From NCBI GenBank assembly GCA_964655015.1, contig CAZZKR010000002.1:11211-75210 (forward strand): 64,000 nucleotides of DNA. The letters are read 5' to 3'. The position numbers and the translations under genes were made by a program. The stretch comes from an uncultured Nitrososphaeria archaeon. Its GTDB lineage: Archaea; Thermoproteota; Nitrososphaeria_A; Caldarchaeales; Wolframiiraptoraceae. The notes below the pieces were generated by a model, which had not been told where the DNA came from, did no database searches, and saw only the letters and a program-made list of their open reading frames with translations. Of this stretch, positions 18,779 to 27,997 are shown piece by piece (within the stretch, counting starts at the first letter, position 1; the number at the start of each line of letters is the position of its first letter).

Positions 18779-18997
18779 CTATCCGCACGGGTACTCTCTA
18801 GATATAGTATACGGCTTCCCATCAAAGGATACCTTAAACGGTGCTCCGTCAGTTTTGGTTAAACTCCTTTTCTCCAAGATCATCATTAGCTTTTCAGCAT
18901 TTTCGGGCGAAAGAACTGCTACAGCAGGGCGAACGAAGAGTTCATAATACTCTACTTGAAAGAAATAATCTACCTCCCCCAACGTTTGTACGAGCAT
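18779..18997 (-). CDS. Hypothetical small protein
   Basis: ORF only (72 aa), convergent with the methyltransferase. No motif recognised. Confidence 0.3.
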   Translation of the reverse strand: MLVQTLGEVDYFFQVEYYELFVRPAVAVLSPENAEKLMMILEKRSLTKTDGAPFKVSFDGKPYTISREYPCG

Positions 18998-19210
18998 CGG
19001 GAAAAGGTTAACGACCGGCTGAGTTATATCCGGCCAAACATACTCACCATACTTCCTTACTTATCTTTATCCTCATCCATGTTTTCCTATGGTGGATTTA
19101 AATTTAACTACTAACGGATGGAACTAACATTTTATGAGTTTTGCCTCTAAAAATTACGCACGTTTATAATGCTCCTGTCTGATAAATCATTTAAAACGAT
19201 AGGGTGAAAA

Positions 19211-20089
19211 GTGCCCATGGGTAAACCACTCATAACTAATGTGTATAGTAAAGAGGAATCGAATGTTATTGCTTTTGGTGTAATTTTAGGAAGAAGGGCC
19301 GCAGAATCTGTCAATGCGATAAGGGAGGCCAGCTGGTTTATCGAAGTGTTTGATATAGCATCCAAAAGGAATCTTCTCGAAAGGGCAAGGGTTTACGACA
19401 TCGGTGACATAAAGTTAACGTCCTACGACGACTTAGAGAACGTCACAAAAACGACGTCTTCTATACTGTCGGAAGGCAAACTCCCTTTGATGCTTGGCGG
19501 CGGTCACCTTGCAACATATCACGTACTCAAGGCCATGCCGAAAGACGTGATCTTGCTGGTTTTCGACGCACACTGCGACTTACGAGAAAGCTACATGGAC
19601 GAGAAGATCGTCGAGCTTGACTATATTAACGAGAGCGCGATGGTAGATAAAAGGTTGAATGATGCGACATGGCTTAGATGGGCATCTGAGGAAAAGATGT
19701 TTAAAAAGGCCGCGGTTATAGGCGTAAGGTCTGGCGATGAGGAACAATTGGCTTATGCGAAGAAGAGTGGCATACTCCTCATCACCTCTGAGAAATTATT
19801 ATCGCGAAATGGATTGAATGCCGCCGCTAGGATTCTTTCAAACTTGACAAGGGGCAGGAAAGTGTATCTATCTTTGGATATGGATGTATTTGACCCATCA
19901 ATCGCACCCGCTGTTGACCATCCGGAGCCTCTTGGCATAAGCTTTAGGGAGTTTACAAAACTCATTAAAAGCATAAAGGGGAAAATAATCGGCTGCGACG
20001 TAGTTTGTCTCCGCAAGATTCCGGATAACGAGGTGACAGAATTTTTAGCCGCGAGAGCTATACTTGAGATACTTTCTCATGCGACCTAA
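19211..20089 (+). CDS. speB: Agmatinase / ureohydrolase family protein
   Basis: Mn-binding motifs GGGHL, VFDAHCDLR and SLDMDVFDPSIAP. Confidence 0.8.
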   Translation: MPMGKPLITNVYSKEESNVIAFGVILGRRAAESVNAIREASWFIEVFDIASKRNLLERARVYDIGDIKLTSYDDLENVTKTTSSILSEGKLPLMLGGGHLATYHVLKAMPKDVILLVFDAHCDLRESYMDEKIVELDYINESAMVDKRLNDATWLRWASEEKMFKKAAVIGVRSGDEEQLAYAKKSGILLITSEKLLSRNGLNAAARILSNLTRGRKVYLSLDMDVFDPSIAPAVDHPEPLGISFREFTKLIKSIKGKIIGCDVVCLRKIPDNEVTEFLAARAILEILSHAT

Positions 20090-20140
20090 CGAAACTTTTT
20101 TTACATAATAAGGATAAACCGTCCAATAAAGGGTGACGAC

Positions 20141-22411
20141 ATGGACAAGAGACTTCTGACAATAGTCGCAGTTAGCTTGATAGTGCGATTGGCCGTTGCG
20201 CCCTTTTTCGGTCACCCTATAGACATGTTTACTTGGTTAAAAGCAGGAGAGATGACAGCATACTATGGTATAAACGTATATCAGGTTGAAGAGATACCGA
20301 ACTATCCTTGGGGCTTTTACGCCTACCCTCCACTCTGGTTATACTGGACTTCTTTATCCTCACTGTTATATGGACTCGTGCAGAACCTGAACATTTTTGC
20401 GTTTTTTGTGAAGTTGCCCATAATACTCTCTGACATACTCATCGGTCTTATCATTTACAAATTTGTCATATTGCTTAAGAATGACAAGAGTTTAGCCACA
20501 AAAATTTCAGCTTTATGGCTCCTAAATCCGCTCCCGATTTTTATTTCTTCAATATGGGGGATGTTTGATTCGATTGCAGCCCTTTTTGGTTTTGCATCAG
20601 TGTATTACATGTTCAAGGGAAGGTACAGGTTAAGCGCACTCCTATTGAGTGTTGGCATAAGCGTAAAAATTTTCCCAGGTTTACTCATCCTACCAATATT
20701 GCTCTACATCAAGAGAACTCAGGATACTGACTTCAAGAGAAAAGCACTAGAGTACATCCTATATGCATCCATAGTGCCTGTCGTATCTTCAATTCCTTTC
20801 CTTTACGACCCGTTTTCTTATTTTAATAAACTTCTCTTCCACTTCAGTAACATAGGCCAGTTCACATACTGGGTCGCGCTTTCTGGATTTATAAGTTACA
20901 CAAGTTTGGGTTACATAAGTACAACGATTTTTGTTGTAGTTCTTGTGTTGGTTTTTGCTAAAATTTTGACGCGTGAAACATGTTCAAAAGAAATACTAAT
21001 CAAGGGCTCAACGTTGACTTTGTTGACGTTTCTCGCCACGTCGACGAAGGTAAACGTTCAATACGTAACATGGGTCCTGCCATTTTTGCTAATTTACGCC
21101 TTGTATTCTGATGCGAAAGACTACAGGTTAAACTTTCTCATGTTAAATATCGCTGCGTATGCCTTTCTCGTTGGAAGTGTAGGACTGTGTAACGGGTACG
21201 ACTTAGCCTACATCGGAAATCTTACAAATTTAGACTTCAAAGAAATCAACGTATATGGCGCTATCGCGCTGGCAGCAGGAATATTCGGTTCTAGCAGGAT
21301 AGTCGCCCTCCTTTTTGACCTGTCAAAACTTCAAAAGATCAATCTAAGCATAGCGTCAAAATGGGTGGTCATAGCCATCGTCATACTTTTCTTAGTGACC
21401 ATAACAACGTTTCCGACACCTACTGGCATTAGCGTTCCAAGCCTGCCAGTAAGGGTTGGCGTAATCGAAAGTTTGGACTCGGCTTTTGTTTTGAAAGAAG
21501 GTTATGGTGTAGACGATTTCTTAAGTAAGTACAATATAACGCACGTTGTTATACCTTTTAGTATAGATTTCGTTAACACTTATAGAGGATACGAGGAACA
21601 TACGCGTTTATCAGAGTACTCCAAGTTCAGGTTATCTTCTTTCAGCTGGCCTGCTCGAGATTTAAAATGTGTAGTGGAGGAGTTAAAGAGAAGGGGTGTC
21701 TACGTTATATTAGGCGTATATCTTGAACCAGAAAAGTTGAACATACGTTACGGTATACAAGGTTATAGGTCCGTTTGGTTAAAGGAGCTTCATAGAGAAG
21801 TACTGAACGAGTTTGGAATTGTAGAATTCCAAAGAAGACTAAAGCCGGACGGTATGTATGTTTTATTCGAGCAACCATACGCGGAGTACTTCTCATCGAA
21901 AATACTGATGATCGTTAAAGACTTTAACTTCGATGGTGTATTTTTATTGGACAAGTTTAGATATGATGATGAAGCACACATAGAAAGCATCTCATACCTT
22001 TTGGGCAGGCTTACGCCTACTATCAAGGCATATTCAAAACAGGTAATGTTAGGAGATTTGGACGTCAGGACGGAACCACGACATGTGGAAATCCTTGCTA
22101 AAAATGTTGACTACTTGGTGATCAAAACGTCCTTATGGTTAAACATGTTTTATCAAAACAACCTTAACAATACTACATTCACTGATTATAGAAACTATCT
22201 GCCTGATTTGTTGTACTCTTTACCCGATGCTGTAAAGCGTAAGATACTTTTTAGCGTTGATACTATGGACATCGCAGAGGGTTGGATGACTCCAGCGATA
22301 ATTCTCCAAGAGGATATAAATGCGCTGTCACAATTTGATGCAATGAATGGATACGTGATATATCACACAAACAAATATCTACCATATAAGATAACGCTCC
22401 CAGTTAAGTGA
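20141..22411 (+). CDS. Polytopic membrane glycosyltransferase-like protein (GT-C type) with a large C-terminal soluble domain
   Basis: About 13 TM helices in the first 430 aa, including an early acidic loop (HPIDMF). The 320-aa C-terminal domain looks like a TIM-barrel glycosidase. No precise family assigned. Confidence 0.5.
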   Translation: MDKRLLTIVAVSLIVRLAVAPFFGHPIDMFTWLKAGEMTAYYGINVYQVEEIPNYPWGFYAYPPLWLYWTSLSSLLYGLVQNLNIFAFFVKLPIILSDILIGLIIYKFVILLKNDKSLATKISALWLLNPLPIFISSIWGMFDSIAALFGFASVYYMFKGRYRLSALLLSVGISVKIFPGLLILPILLYIKRTQDTDFKRKALEYILYASIVPVVSSIPFLYDPFSYFNKLLFHFSNIGQFTYWVALSGFISYTSLGYISTTIFVVVLVLVFAKILTRETCSKEILIKGSTLTLLTFLATSTKVNVQYVTWVLPFLLIYALYSDAKDYRLNFLMLNIAAYAFLVGSVGLCNGYDLAYIGNLTNLDFKEINVYGAIALAAGIFGSSRIVALLFDLSKLQKINLSIASKWVVIAIVILFLVTITTFPTPTGISVPSLPVRVGVIESLDSAFVLKEGYGVDDFLSKYNITHVVIPFSIDFVNTYRGYEEHTRLSEYSKFRLSSFSWPARDLKCVVEELKRRGVYVILGVYLEPEKLNIRYGIQGYRSVWLKELHREVLNEFGIVEFQRRLKPDGMYVLFEQPYAEYFSSKILMIVKDFNFDGVFLLDKFRYDDEAHIESISYLLGRLTPTIKAYSKQVMLGDLDVRTEPRHVEILAKNVDYLVIKTSLWLNMFYQNNLNNTTFTDYRNYLPDLLYSLPDAVKRKILFSVDTMDIAEGWMTPAIILQEDINALSQFDAMNGYVIYHTNKYLPYKITLPVK

Positions 22412-22423
22412 GCTCATCTGAAG

Positions 22424-22882
22424 TTACTCTTGTTGTAATCGTCTCCATTTAGGCACTTGGGGGTAAACTTTTCCGTCTGCTGAAACCCGTCCACATCCTA
22501 AGCATAGGTGCTTATAGAATGCAACGACATACTTTGCTACAGTAAACTTTTCAAGTTGTACTGGTGCTCCTTCCATCCAGAGCTTAGCCTGCTCTTCGGT
22601 TAATTCTATGCGGTTCCTCTTAATTTTGTTGCAAAGGATTTGCGCTCCTTCAATAGAAAGTACAACATCCTGCCCTTTGATCTTTGCTATGTATAAGCCT
22701 AAGGATTGCACGCCTCGCATTTTTTCTGCAACCTTTATCGTATCGCTTGTAGTCAGTCTAATTTTACCTTCACCAGCCTGTATCAAAACTTTATCGGAAA
22801 AGTCTTCAGCACCATAATGTCTTTCAAGCAGTATCTGGAACGCTGACTTTTTTGAGGAATTTAACAAAATTATCTTTTTCAC
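22424..22882 (-). CDS. PUA-type RNA-binding protein, Nip7/UPF0113-like
   Basis: 152 aa with pre-PUA plus PUA-like organisation (SLGLYIAKIKGQDVVLSIEGAQIL ... YVVAFYKHLCLGCGRV). Its start overlaps the stop of the upstream NOP2/Sun methyltransferase by 4 nt. Confidence 0.45.
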   Translation of the reverse strand: MKKIILLNSSKKSAFQILLERHYGAEDFSDKVLIQAGEGKIRLTTSDTIKVAEKMRGVQSLGLYIAKIKGQDVVLSIEGAQILCNKIKRNRIELTEEQAKLWMEGAPVQLEKFTVAKYVVAFYKHLCLGCGRVSADGKVYPQVPKWRRLQQE

Positions 22883-23823
22883 GAATCATCACTTTCCTTT
22901 ACTATCTTCGCCATAAAGAACCCTTCCGCCTCATGTTCATATGGATAAACTCTTACGCACCGTTCAAGTTCGGGATTAAACTTCTCATTCTGCCATTCCA
23001 GAAGTCCCTTTTTCATCTTTAACCCCTCCAACTTTATGCTCTCCAAGCATGCGTTCGGTTTGTTTGTAATGAGGCGGTCTATGACCCACTCGTTTTCTTG
23101 TGGACTGAGTGTACATGTGGCATAGACCATCGTGCCGCCAACCTTCAAACATTCGAAGCCGGATATAGCTAGGCTAAGCTGAAGCTTAGATAACCGTTCG
23201 GAAGCCCGAAAGCTCCATTTTTTTGCAGCACCCCAATCTTTACTTACTATGCCGAGCGATGTGCATGGTACGTCTACGAGAACTTTGTCAAAAAATCCCT
23301 TAGCCCACAATGGAAACCTCCTCCCGTCAGCTTGCGTGATAATGCAGTTTATAACCCCGCATCTCTGAAGATTAGAAGAGAGCGCTCTTATCCTCTTGAG
23401 ATTCACGTCGTTGGCGACTATTACACCCTCTCCCTGCAGAAATTGTGCTATTTGTGTAGTTTTGCTACCCGGAGCGGCGCAAAGGTCTAGAACGAGTTCG
23501 CCAGGTTTAGGTGATAGCACCTCAACTGGTGCCATAGAAACTGCACCCTGAATGTATATAAGGCCGAGCATGTGTTCGATTGTGTTTGATATATTGACAT
23601 CGTTCACGACCCAATAACCGTACCTCGCCCAGGGTATCTTCTCAAGTTCTACACCCTTCTCCCTTAACATGCACAACACATCTTCCTCCCTAGCCTTTAG
23701 AGTGTTGATTCTAATGGATTGTCGCATGGGTTTTTGATAACTTCCTAGTAAACTTTCGACATCAACTTCTGGTAGGCTATATAGAAGATTTTTGAGGTCC
23801 TCACTCATTTTAATATCATTCAA
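22879..23823 (-). CDS. NOL1/NOP2/Sun-family RNA m5C methyltransferase
   Basis: Motifs DLCAAPGSKT, VDVPCTSLG and YATCTLSPQENE. 314 aa. Confidence 0.85.
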   Translation of the reverse strand: MNDIKMSEDLKNLLYSLPEVDVESLLGSYQKPMRQSIRINTLKAREEDVLCMLREKGVELEKIPWARYGYWVVNDVNISNTIEHMLGLIYIQGAVSMAPVEVLSPKPGELVLDLCAAPGSKTTQIAQFLQGEGVIVANDVNLKRIRALSSNLQRCGVINCIITQADGRRFPLWAKGFFDKVLVDVPCTSLGIVSKDWGAAKKWSFRASERLSKLQLSLAISGFECLKVGGTMVYATCTLSPQENEWVIDRLITNKPNACLESIKLEGLKMKKGLLEWQNEKFNPELERCVRVYPYEHEAEGFFMAKIVKESDDS

Positions 23824-23848
23824 TACTCATCACCCCAAGCCGTTAAGC

Positions 23849-24472
23849 CTACTTGAACACTTCCCCCGTTTTATCAGCCCACATTACGAGGTCAAGTGCT
23901 TCAGGTCTCATACCCAAATCATTAGCAAGTTGTATAAACTTCTTTTCAAGTTCTAGGTACATTCTTTTTGTTAAATTTTTTGGCACCTCTTTTATAACTC
24001 CAACCTCCTTCATGCCCCTTAGTATATGTCTGTCCAAAATCGCTAAACCTTCATAACCAATGTTTCTCAGAAAATGACTTGCCTCTTTATAACCTAGGCC
24101 CTTTATGTTTTTAACAAGCCATTCCCTTGCCTTGTGAGCATCTGACGGTAAGCTCTTTAACGATTTCAAATACGCCCTAGCAGCGACTATGTATCTAGCT
24201 TTTGACTCGGGGAAGCGAACACCGTTTTCTCTTAAAATATCTGCTACATGATCCTCGTCACCATTAAGTAGCGTCGACTCTCCCTTCATCATCGATATTG
24301 CCGCGTCCGCAGCCCTTGCCCTAGTCTGAGGAGTGCATATGCAGAAGCAAAGCTCCGCGAATACTTCCTCATCGCTTTTTCGTAATGTCTCCTTGAATTC
24401 CTTAAGCCTAGCCTCTATCTCTCCGCGCTTCTCCTCGTAGATCTTCAGATACTTTTTGACGATATCATTCAT
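23849..24472 (-). CDS. ogg: N-glycosylase/DNA lyase (archaeal Ogg2-type 8-oxoguanine glycosylase, HhH-GPD)
   Basis: 207 aa. CFCICTPQTRA, the HhH element IKGLGYKEASHFLRNIGY and the catalytic-region motif ILDRHIL. Confidence 0.75.
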   Translation of the reverse strand: MNDIVKKYLKIYEEKRGEIEARLKEFKETLRKSDEEVFAELCFCICTPQTRARAADAAISMMKGESTLLNGDEDHVADILRENGVRFPESKARYIVAARAYLKSLKSLPSDAHKAREWLVKNIKGLGYKEASHFLRNIGYEGLAILDRHILRGMKEVGVIKEVPKNLTKRMYLELEKKFIQLANDLGMRPEALDLVMWADKTGEVFK

Positions 24473-25959
24473 GCTATTTGTTCTTTCGTCACTTTCGGTA
24501 TATGTAGTTGCCTATCAGAAAGTTCAAAAAATAGTCTAGTTTTGCCCATAGTCTCCACATCGATCTCTCTAACTTTGACCACAATAGGTATGTCCCTGAC
24601 CAAGTAGCCTATGAGTAAGCAATAACGTGGGGGTAAAGATGCCGCTATGGTCTTCACACTTTCAGAATCTATGCGCGAAGTTTTTGCTATTGCCTCTAAA
24701 TCAGCTTCGTTGGTAAAGTTAAAGAGGATTATGTTGTCTGCCTGTCTGTATATCGTCTCGGGTATGGAATCGGGTTGATTCGTCACGAAGATTGGTGATA
24801 AGCCTAAGTGCCTCATTCTTGTCACAATATCATCCCAATACGTATCCCTTAGGTAGAGGTGCGCCTCCTCAGCTACGAGGAATAGTGGTGGTAACCTTCT
24901 TGCCTGCAGCAATTCTGTGAGTTTGCTAAGTAAATATTCAACAACCATCCTCCTCGTCGAGGGTAGCAGGTCCCTAAGGTTAACCACGAGCATTTTACCA
25001 CCAATACACTTGACAACGTCTTCGAAGGATGTTACACACTCATCATAGTCTGTAATTATGCCCGTAGCCTCTATTGCCATAAGTCTACTCATTAATGCCT
25101 CCTTTACAGATTCGTGTAGTTGCGTCTTTTGAATAACTTCTATCAAATCCTTAAGGGTAACGTTACCCTTATTCTTCTTTACAACGTTCCATATTCTGAA
25201 GAATTCTCGGCTACTGCTCGACGGCGTGTCGTAAACATGTATCAATATATCCATAAAAGTTCTGAGACCGACGTCTTCCGTCCTAACTTTGAAGTTCTTA
25301 CCGGGCTCGAGTACTTCATGCCGAAGTGCTATACTGCTTCGACTTCCATCAACTTTTCTATTTAGGTTTACGTACTCTCCGTTAATGTCAAAAACTATAA
25401 CCAGGGCTCCATACTCAACCAATGTGGTAGATATCAACTTCATTATGTGAGACTTTCCAGTTTCTTTCTTCCCGGTTATTATGGTCAATCTGCCGTCGAA
25501 AGATTCTGCATCGACCCAGAAATCTTCCCCTCCTATCGTTCCGATATGTATTTTTCGCTTACCTGTTAACTTCATCACGCTTCTCAACAAATCCGCTCCC
25601 GCAGCGGAGATGTTCGACCTAAACCTCGAAGGAAGCCATGAGCTATTGTACACAATTCTATTCCCTTCCACGATACATCTTATTTTACACCTTACAATTC
25701 TTGCCTCTTTTATCATCATGGTTAGTGATCCTGTACCAAATGGGTCGAAAATGTTTTCATGATTCACGATTTCTAACGAAACTTCTCGTAACATGTCTTC
25801 TAGTATGCCGGGGATATCAGCATAGCTTACATCTATCACCTGAACAAGCATGAACTTGTCCCCCTCATTCACCATGAGATACTGACCTTTCTCGACCACG
25901 ACCTCTGAGGGGAATGCCAATATATCCAGCGTATCTTTTTGCTTAGAAAATATCTTCAT
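24469..25959 (-). CDS. herA: HerA-like FtsK/HerA-superfamily ATPase
   Basis: N-terminal HAS-barrel-like region, Walker A GKKETGKS, FDINGEY, Walker B LFLVAEEAHLY and a VTNQPDSIP sensor region. 496 aa. Its stop overlaps the ogg start by 4 nt. Confidence 0.75.
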   Translation of the reverse strand: MKIFSKQKDTLDILAFPSEVVVEKGQYLMVNEGDKFMLVQVIDVSYADIPGILEDMLREVSLEIVNHENIFDPFGTGSLTMMIKEARIVRCKIRCIVEGNRIVYNSSWLPSRFRSNISAAGADLLRSVMKLTGKRKIHIGTIGGEDFWVDAESFDGRLTIITGKKETGKSHIMKLISTTLVEYGALVIVFDINGEYVNLNRKVDGSRSSIALRHEVLEPGKNFKVRTEDVGLRTFMDILIHVYDTPSSSSREFFRIWNVVKKNKGNVTLKDLIEVIQKTQLHESVKEALMSRLMAIEATGIITDYDECVTSFEDVVKCIGGKMLVVNLRDLLPSTRRMVVEYLLSKLTELLQARRLPPLFLVAEEAHLYLRDTYWDDIVTRMRHLGLSPIFVTNQPDSIPETIYRQADNIILFNFTNEADLEAIAKTSRIDSESVKTIAASLPPRYCLLIGYLVRDIPIVVKVREIDVETMGKTRLFFELSDRQLHIPKVTKEQIA

Positions 25960-25961
25960 GT

Positions 25962-27014
25962 CTAATGACCATCCAGAGGATTGAAAAGACTGCTCCTTAC
26001 ATCTCCTATGCAGAAAGCATCTATGTTAAATTCTTGCTTCAGCAACCTTTGCAACGCTAGCACATCTAACTTGTTAAAGGTGCAGTAATTGTGCGCCAAT
26101 AGCAGAGTTTCTGGGTAGCCGTATATCAAGGCATCGCTGCTGAGAAGGTTACCAATTGTGTACAATACATCCTCTACTTCTTTTTCACTTACGTCAAGCC
26201 TATATGGAAAGAAAGTTCTGGACAGGTGGGATACAAGTATCCTACCGAGCTTGTGGATTTTAGGAGAAGAGCATACAGCATCATTCACATCGATTACGCA
26301 CGGTGGGTCTAGTTCTGGTACCAACGATGTTATCTTAGTTCCCAGATAAGATAGGTGTGTCGATTTCGAAAAGGCAAGCACAACGTTGCCGTTTCGTTCA
26401 GCCTCATTGAGCGTCTCACGAATCAGCTGTAAGGAGTTGTCCGCTGGTCCAGCCGTCAGAGAACCATCGAAGAGTAGTATCGAGTCAGAAAATGTTGATG
26501 CTAACGAACGCTGAAGCCACTTCTCGAGCAAGCTGTTAATACTCCTATGTATTGTCTCAAAGTTTTCGCTAAACGGTTGACCATCCATGAGCTCAGACAT
26601 AAAGGTGAATAAAGATAAGTTATCGTCAAGAGATACGAAAAAGATGAGAGGGCCGATTATCCATGATTCGATGCTTCCAGACCTTTTTCTCCTCACCACA
26701 GACCCCCTTAGAGCGGCGAGATAACCAAAAGGCCCCTCAGCTAGCTTTATGACCGAGGTATCGCACGCGATCACATCGCAGACTTTGCCAGATGGTCTCA
26801 CTTTGTAGGCCTTAACGGAGGCCATCTTGTCCAACTCTAGCATGACATCATGACCAATATGATGTCCGAGCCCATCAATACTAACGACAGGCAAGGTCTT
26901 CCTTAGGTTTTCCATCGAGCCCAGTCCCATCTTAGAAAATGCTTTAAATACCTCTAAGAAGTTCTCAATAAAAGGGGTCTCGGTGCTTATGAGGGTACTC
27001 ATCCGCTTCATCAC
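25962..27014 (-). CDS. nurA: NurA-like nuclease
   Basis: 350 aa. Motifs IACDTSV, ILLFDGSL, AFSKSTH and YGYPETLLLAHNY parallel the NurA motifs (DxS, DGS, SKxS, GYPxxLxxA). Sits directly upstream of herA with a 2-nt gap. Confidence 0.6.
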   Translation of the reverse strand: MMKRMSTLISTETPFIENFLEVFKAFSKMGLGSMENLRKTLPVVSIDGLGHHIGHDVMLELDKMASVKAYKVRPSGKVCDVIACDTSVIKLAEGPFGYLAALRGSVVRRKRSGSIESWIIGPLIFFVSLDDNLSLFTFMSELMDGQPFSENFETIHRSINSLLEKWLQRSLASTFSDSILLFDGSLTAGPADNSLQLIRETLNEAERNGNVVLAFSKSTHLSYLGTKITSLVPELDPPCVIDVNDAVCSSPKIHKLGRILVSHLSRTFFPYRLDVSEKEVEDVLYTIGNLLSSDALIYGYPETLLLAHNYCTFNKLDVLALQRLLKQEFNIDAFCIGDVRSSLFNPLDGH

Positions 27015-27071
27015 TAATAACCTTAAGGATTTATGTGCTTATAAATGTTGCGCAATTTGGGTAATTTGCTC

Positions 27072-27503
27072 ATGTCACAAGAAAGAATAAGAGTCAAGAT
27101 AACGGTAGGAAAGGCGAATGTGGAGATAGAAGCACCCCCTGATCTGTTAGAGAAGTCCATAAGGGACGTTATGGCAGCACTCGGTGTTTCAGAGACGTTA
27201 GAGCCCGAATCTGAAGCTCAAAAGCGCACAAGGCCCGTCGAGACGTCCACATGTAGGGGGTTGATAGAAAGCCTGCTCAAGGAGGGGTGGTTTTCCACAC
27301 CAAGACCATTGTCTGAGGTCGTGGCAGAATTGGCCAGAAGAGGTCATCATTATGACCCGACTGCCGTGGCCCACGTTTTATTGGACATGGTAAGGGAGGG
27401 TGTCCTATCTAGAATAGGCCGGCCCAGAAGGTATCTCTATTCAGCACAACCCACATCAGCGGCGAAGGTGGAAACCGAAGAGAGTGAACCCACCGGGGAG
27501 TAA
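27072..27503 (+). CDS. Small wHTH protein, paralog 1 of a three-member local family
   Basis: N-terminal IRVKITVGKANVEIEAPPDLLEKSI module and C-terminal wHTH (LSEVVAELARRGHHYDPTAVAHVLLDMVREGVLSRIG). Start moved to the ATG at 27072. Divergent from nurA. Confidence 0.5.
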   Translation: MSQERIRVKITVGKANVEIEAPPDLLEKSIRDVMAALGVSETLEPESEAQKRTRPVETSTCRGLIESLLKEGWFSTPRPLSEVVAELARRGHHYDPTAVAHVLLDMVREGVLSRIGRPRRYLYSAQPTSAAKVETEESEPTGE

Positions 27504-27995
27504 CTATTTTTTCTCAACCTTGCCCTCCACAAACTCCTTAATACCTAGCATTGTTATGACGTAGTCTCCCCTATCTAGGCGTCTGATGTAGCCCTTCCGC
27601 AAAAGCAGGCTTAGTTTTCCCGATATCGTCTTCTCGGACTTGGCTATGCTTTTCGCCAGTTCCGAAGCATTTATGGAAGGGGACTCGGCCAGACCCAGTC
27701 CATGCTCAAGGTACCTCTTTATGCACAAAAGCATTATCGCCTCGGAAACTGATAGTGCGTTCAGAGGTTTAAGCAGAAAGACCCCCTCGGTTTGGTTATA
27801 CGCTAGGTAGTCCCTCAATTTTTCGATTAAGCTTTGAAGGTCCACAGAATAGCTTATCTTGCTAGCAAGTGAATAGGAAGGTATCACTTTCTCCATAAAG
27901 GATACTATGCTTCTGTAGACGTCATCAGGCCTCCCTTCAAAATCTGCCCGGACATCTTTATACTGTATTGAAACTTTCATGACTTCCTCGCCCAT
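27504..27995 (-). CDS. Small wHTH protein, paralog 2
   Basis: MKVSIQYKDVRADFEGRPDDVYRSIVSFMEKV N-module and C-terminal wHTH (ASELAKSIAKSEKTISGKLSLLLRKGYIRRLDRGDYV). Confidence 0.5.
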   Translation of the reverse strand: MGEEVMKVSIQYKDVRADFEGRPDDVYRSIVSFMEKVIPSYSLASKISYSVDLQSLIEKLRDYLAYNQTEGVFLLKPLNALSVSEAIMLLCIKRYLEHGLGLAESPSINASELAKSIAKSEKTISGKLSLLLRKGYIRRLDRGDYVITMLGIKEFVEGKVEKK

Positions 27996-27997
27996 GA

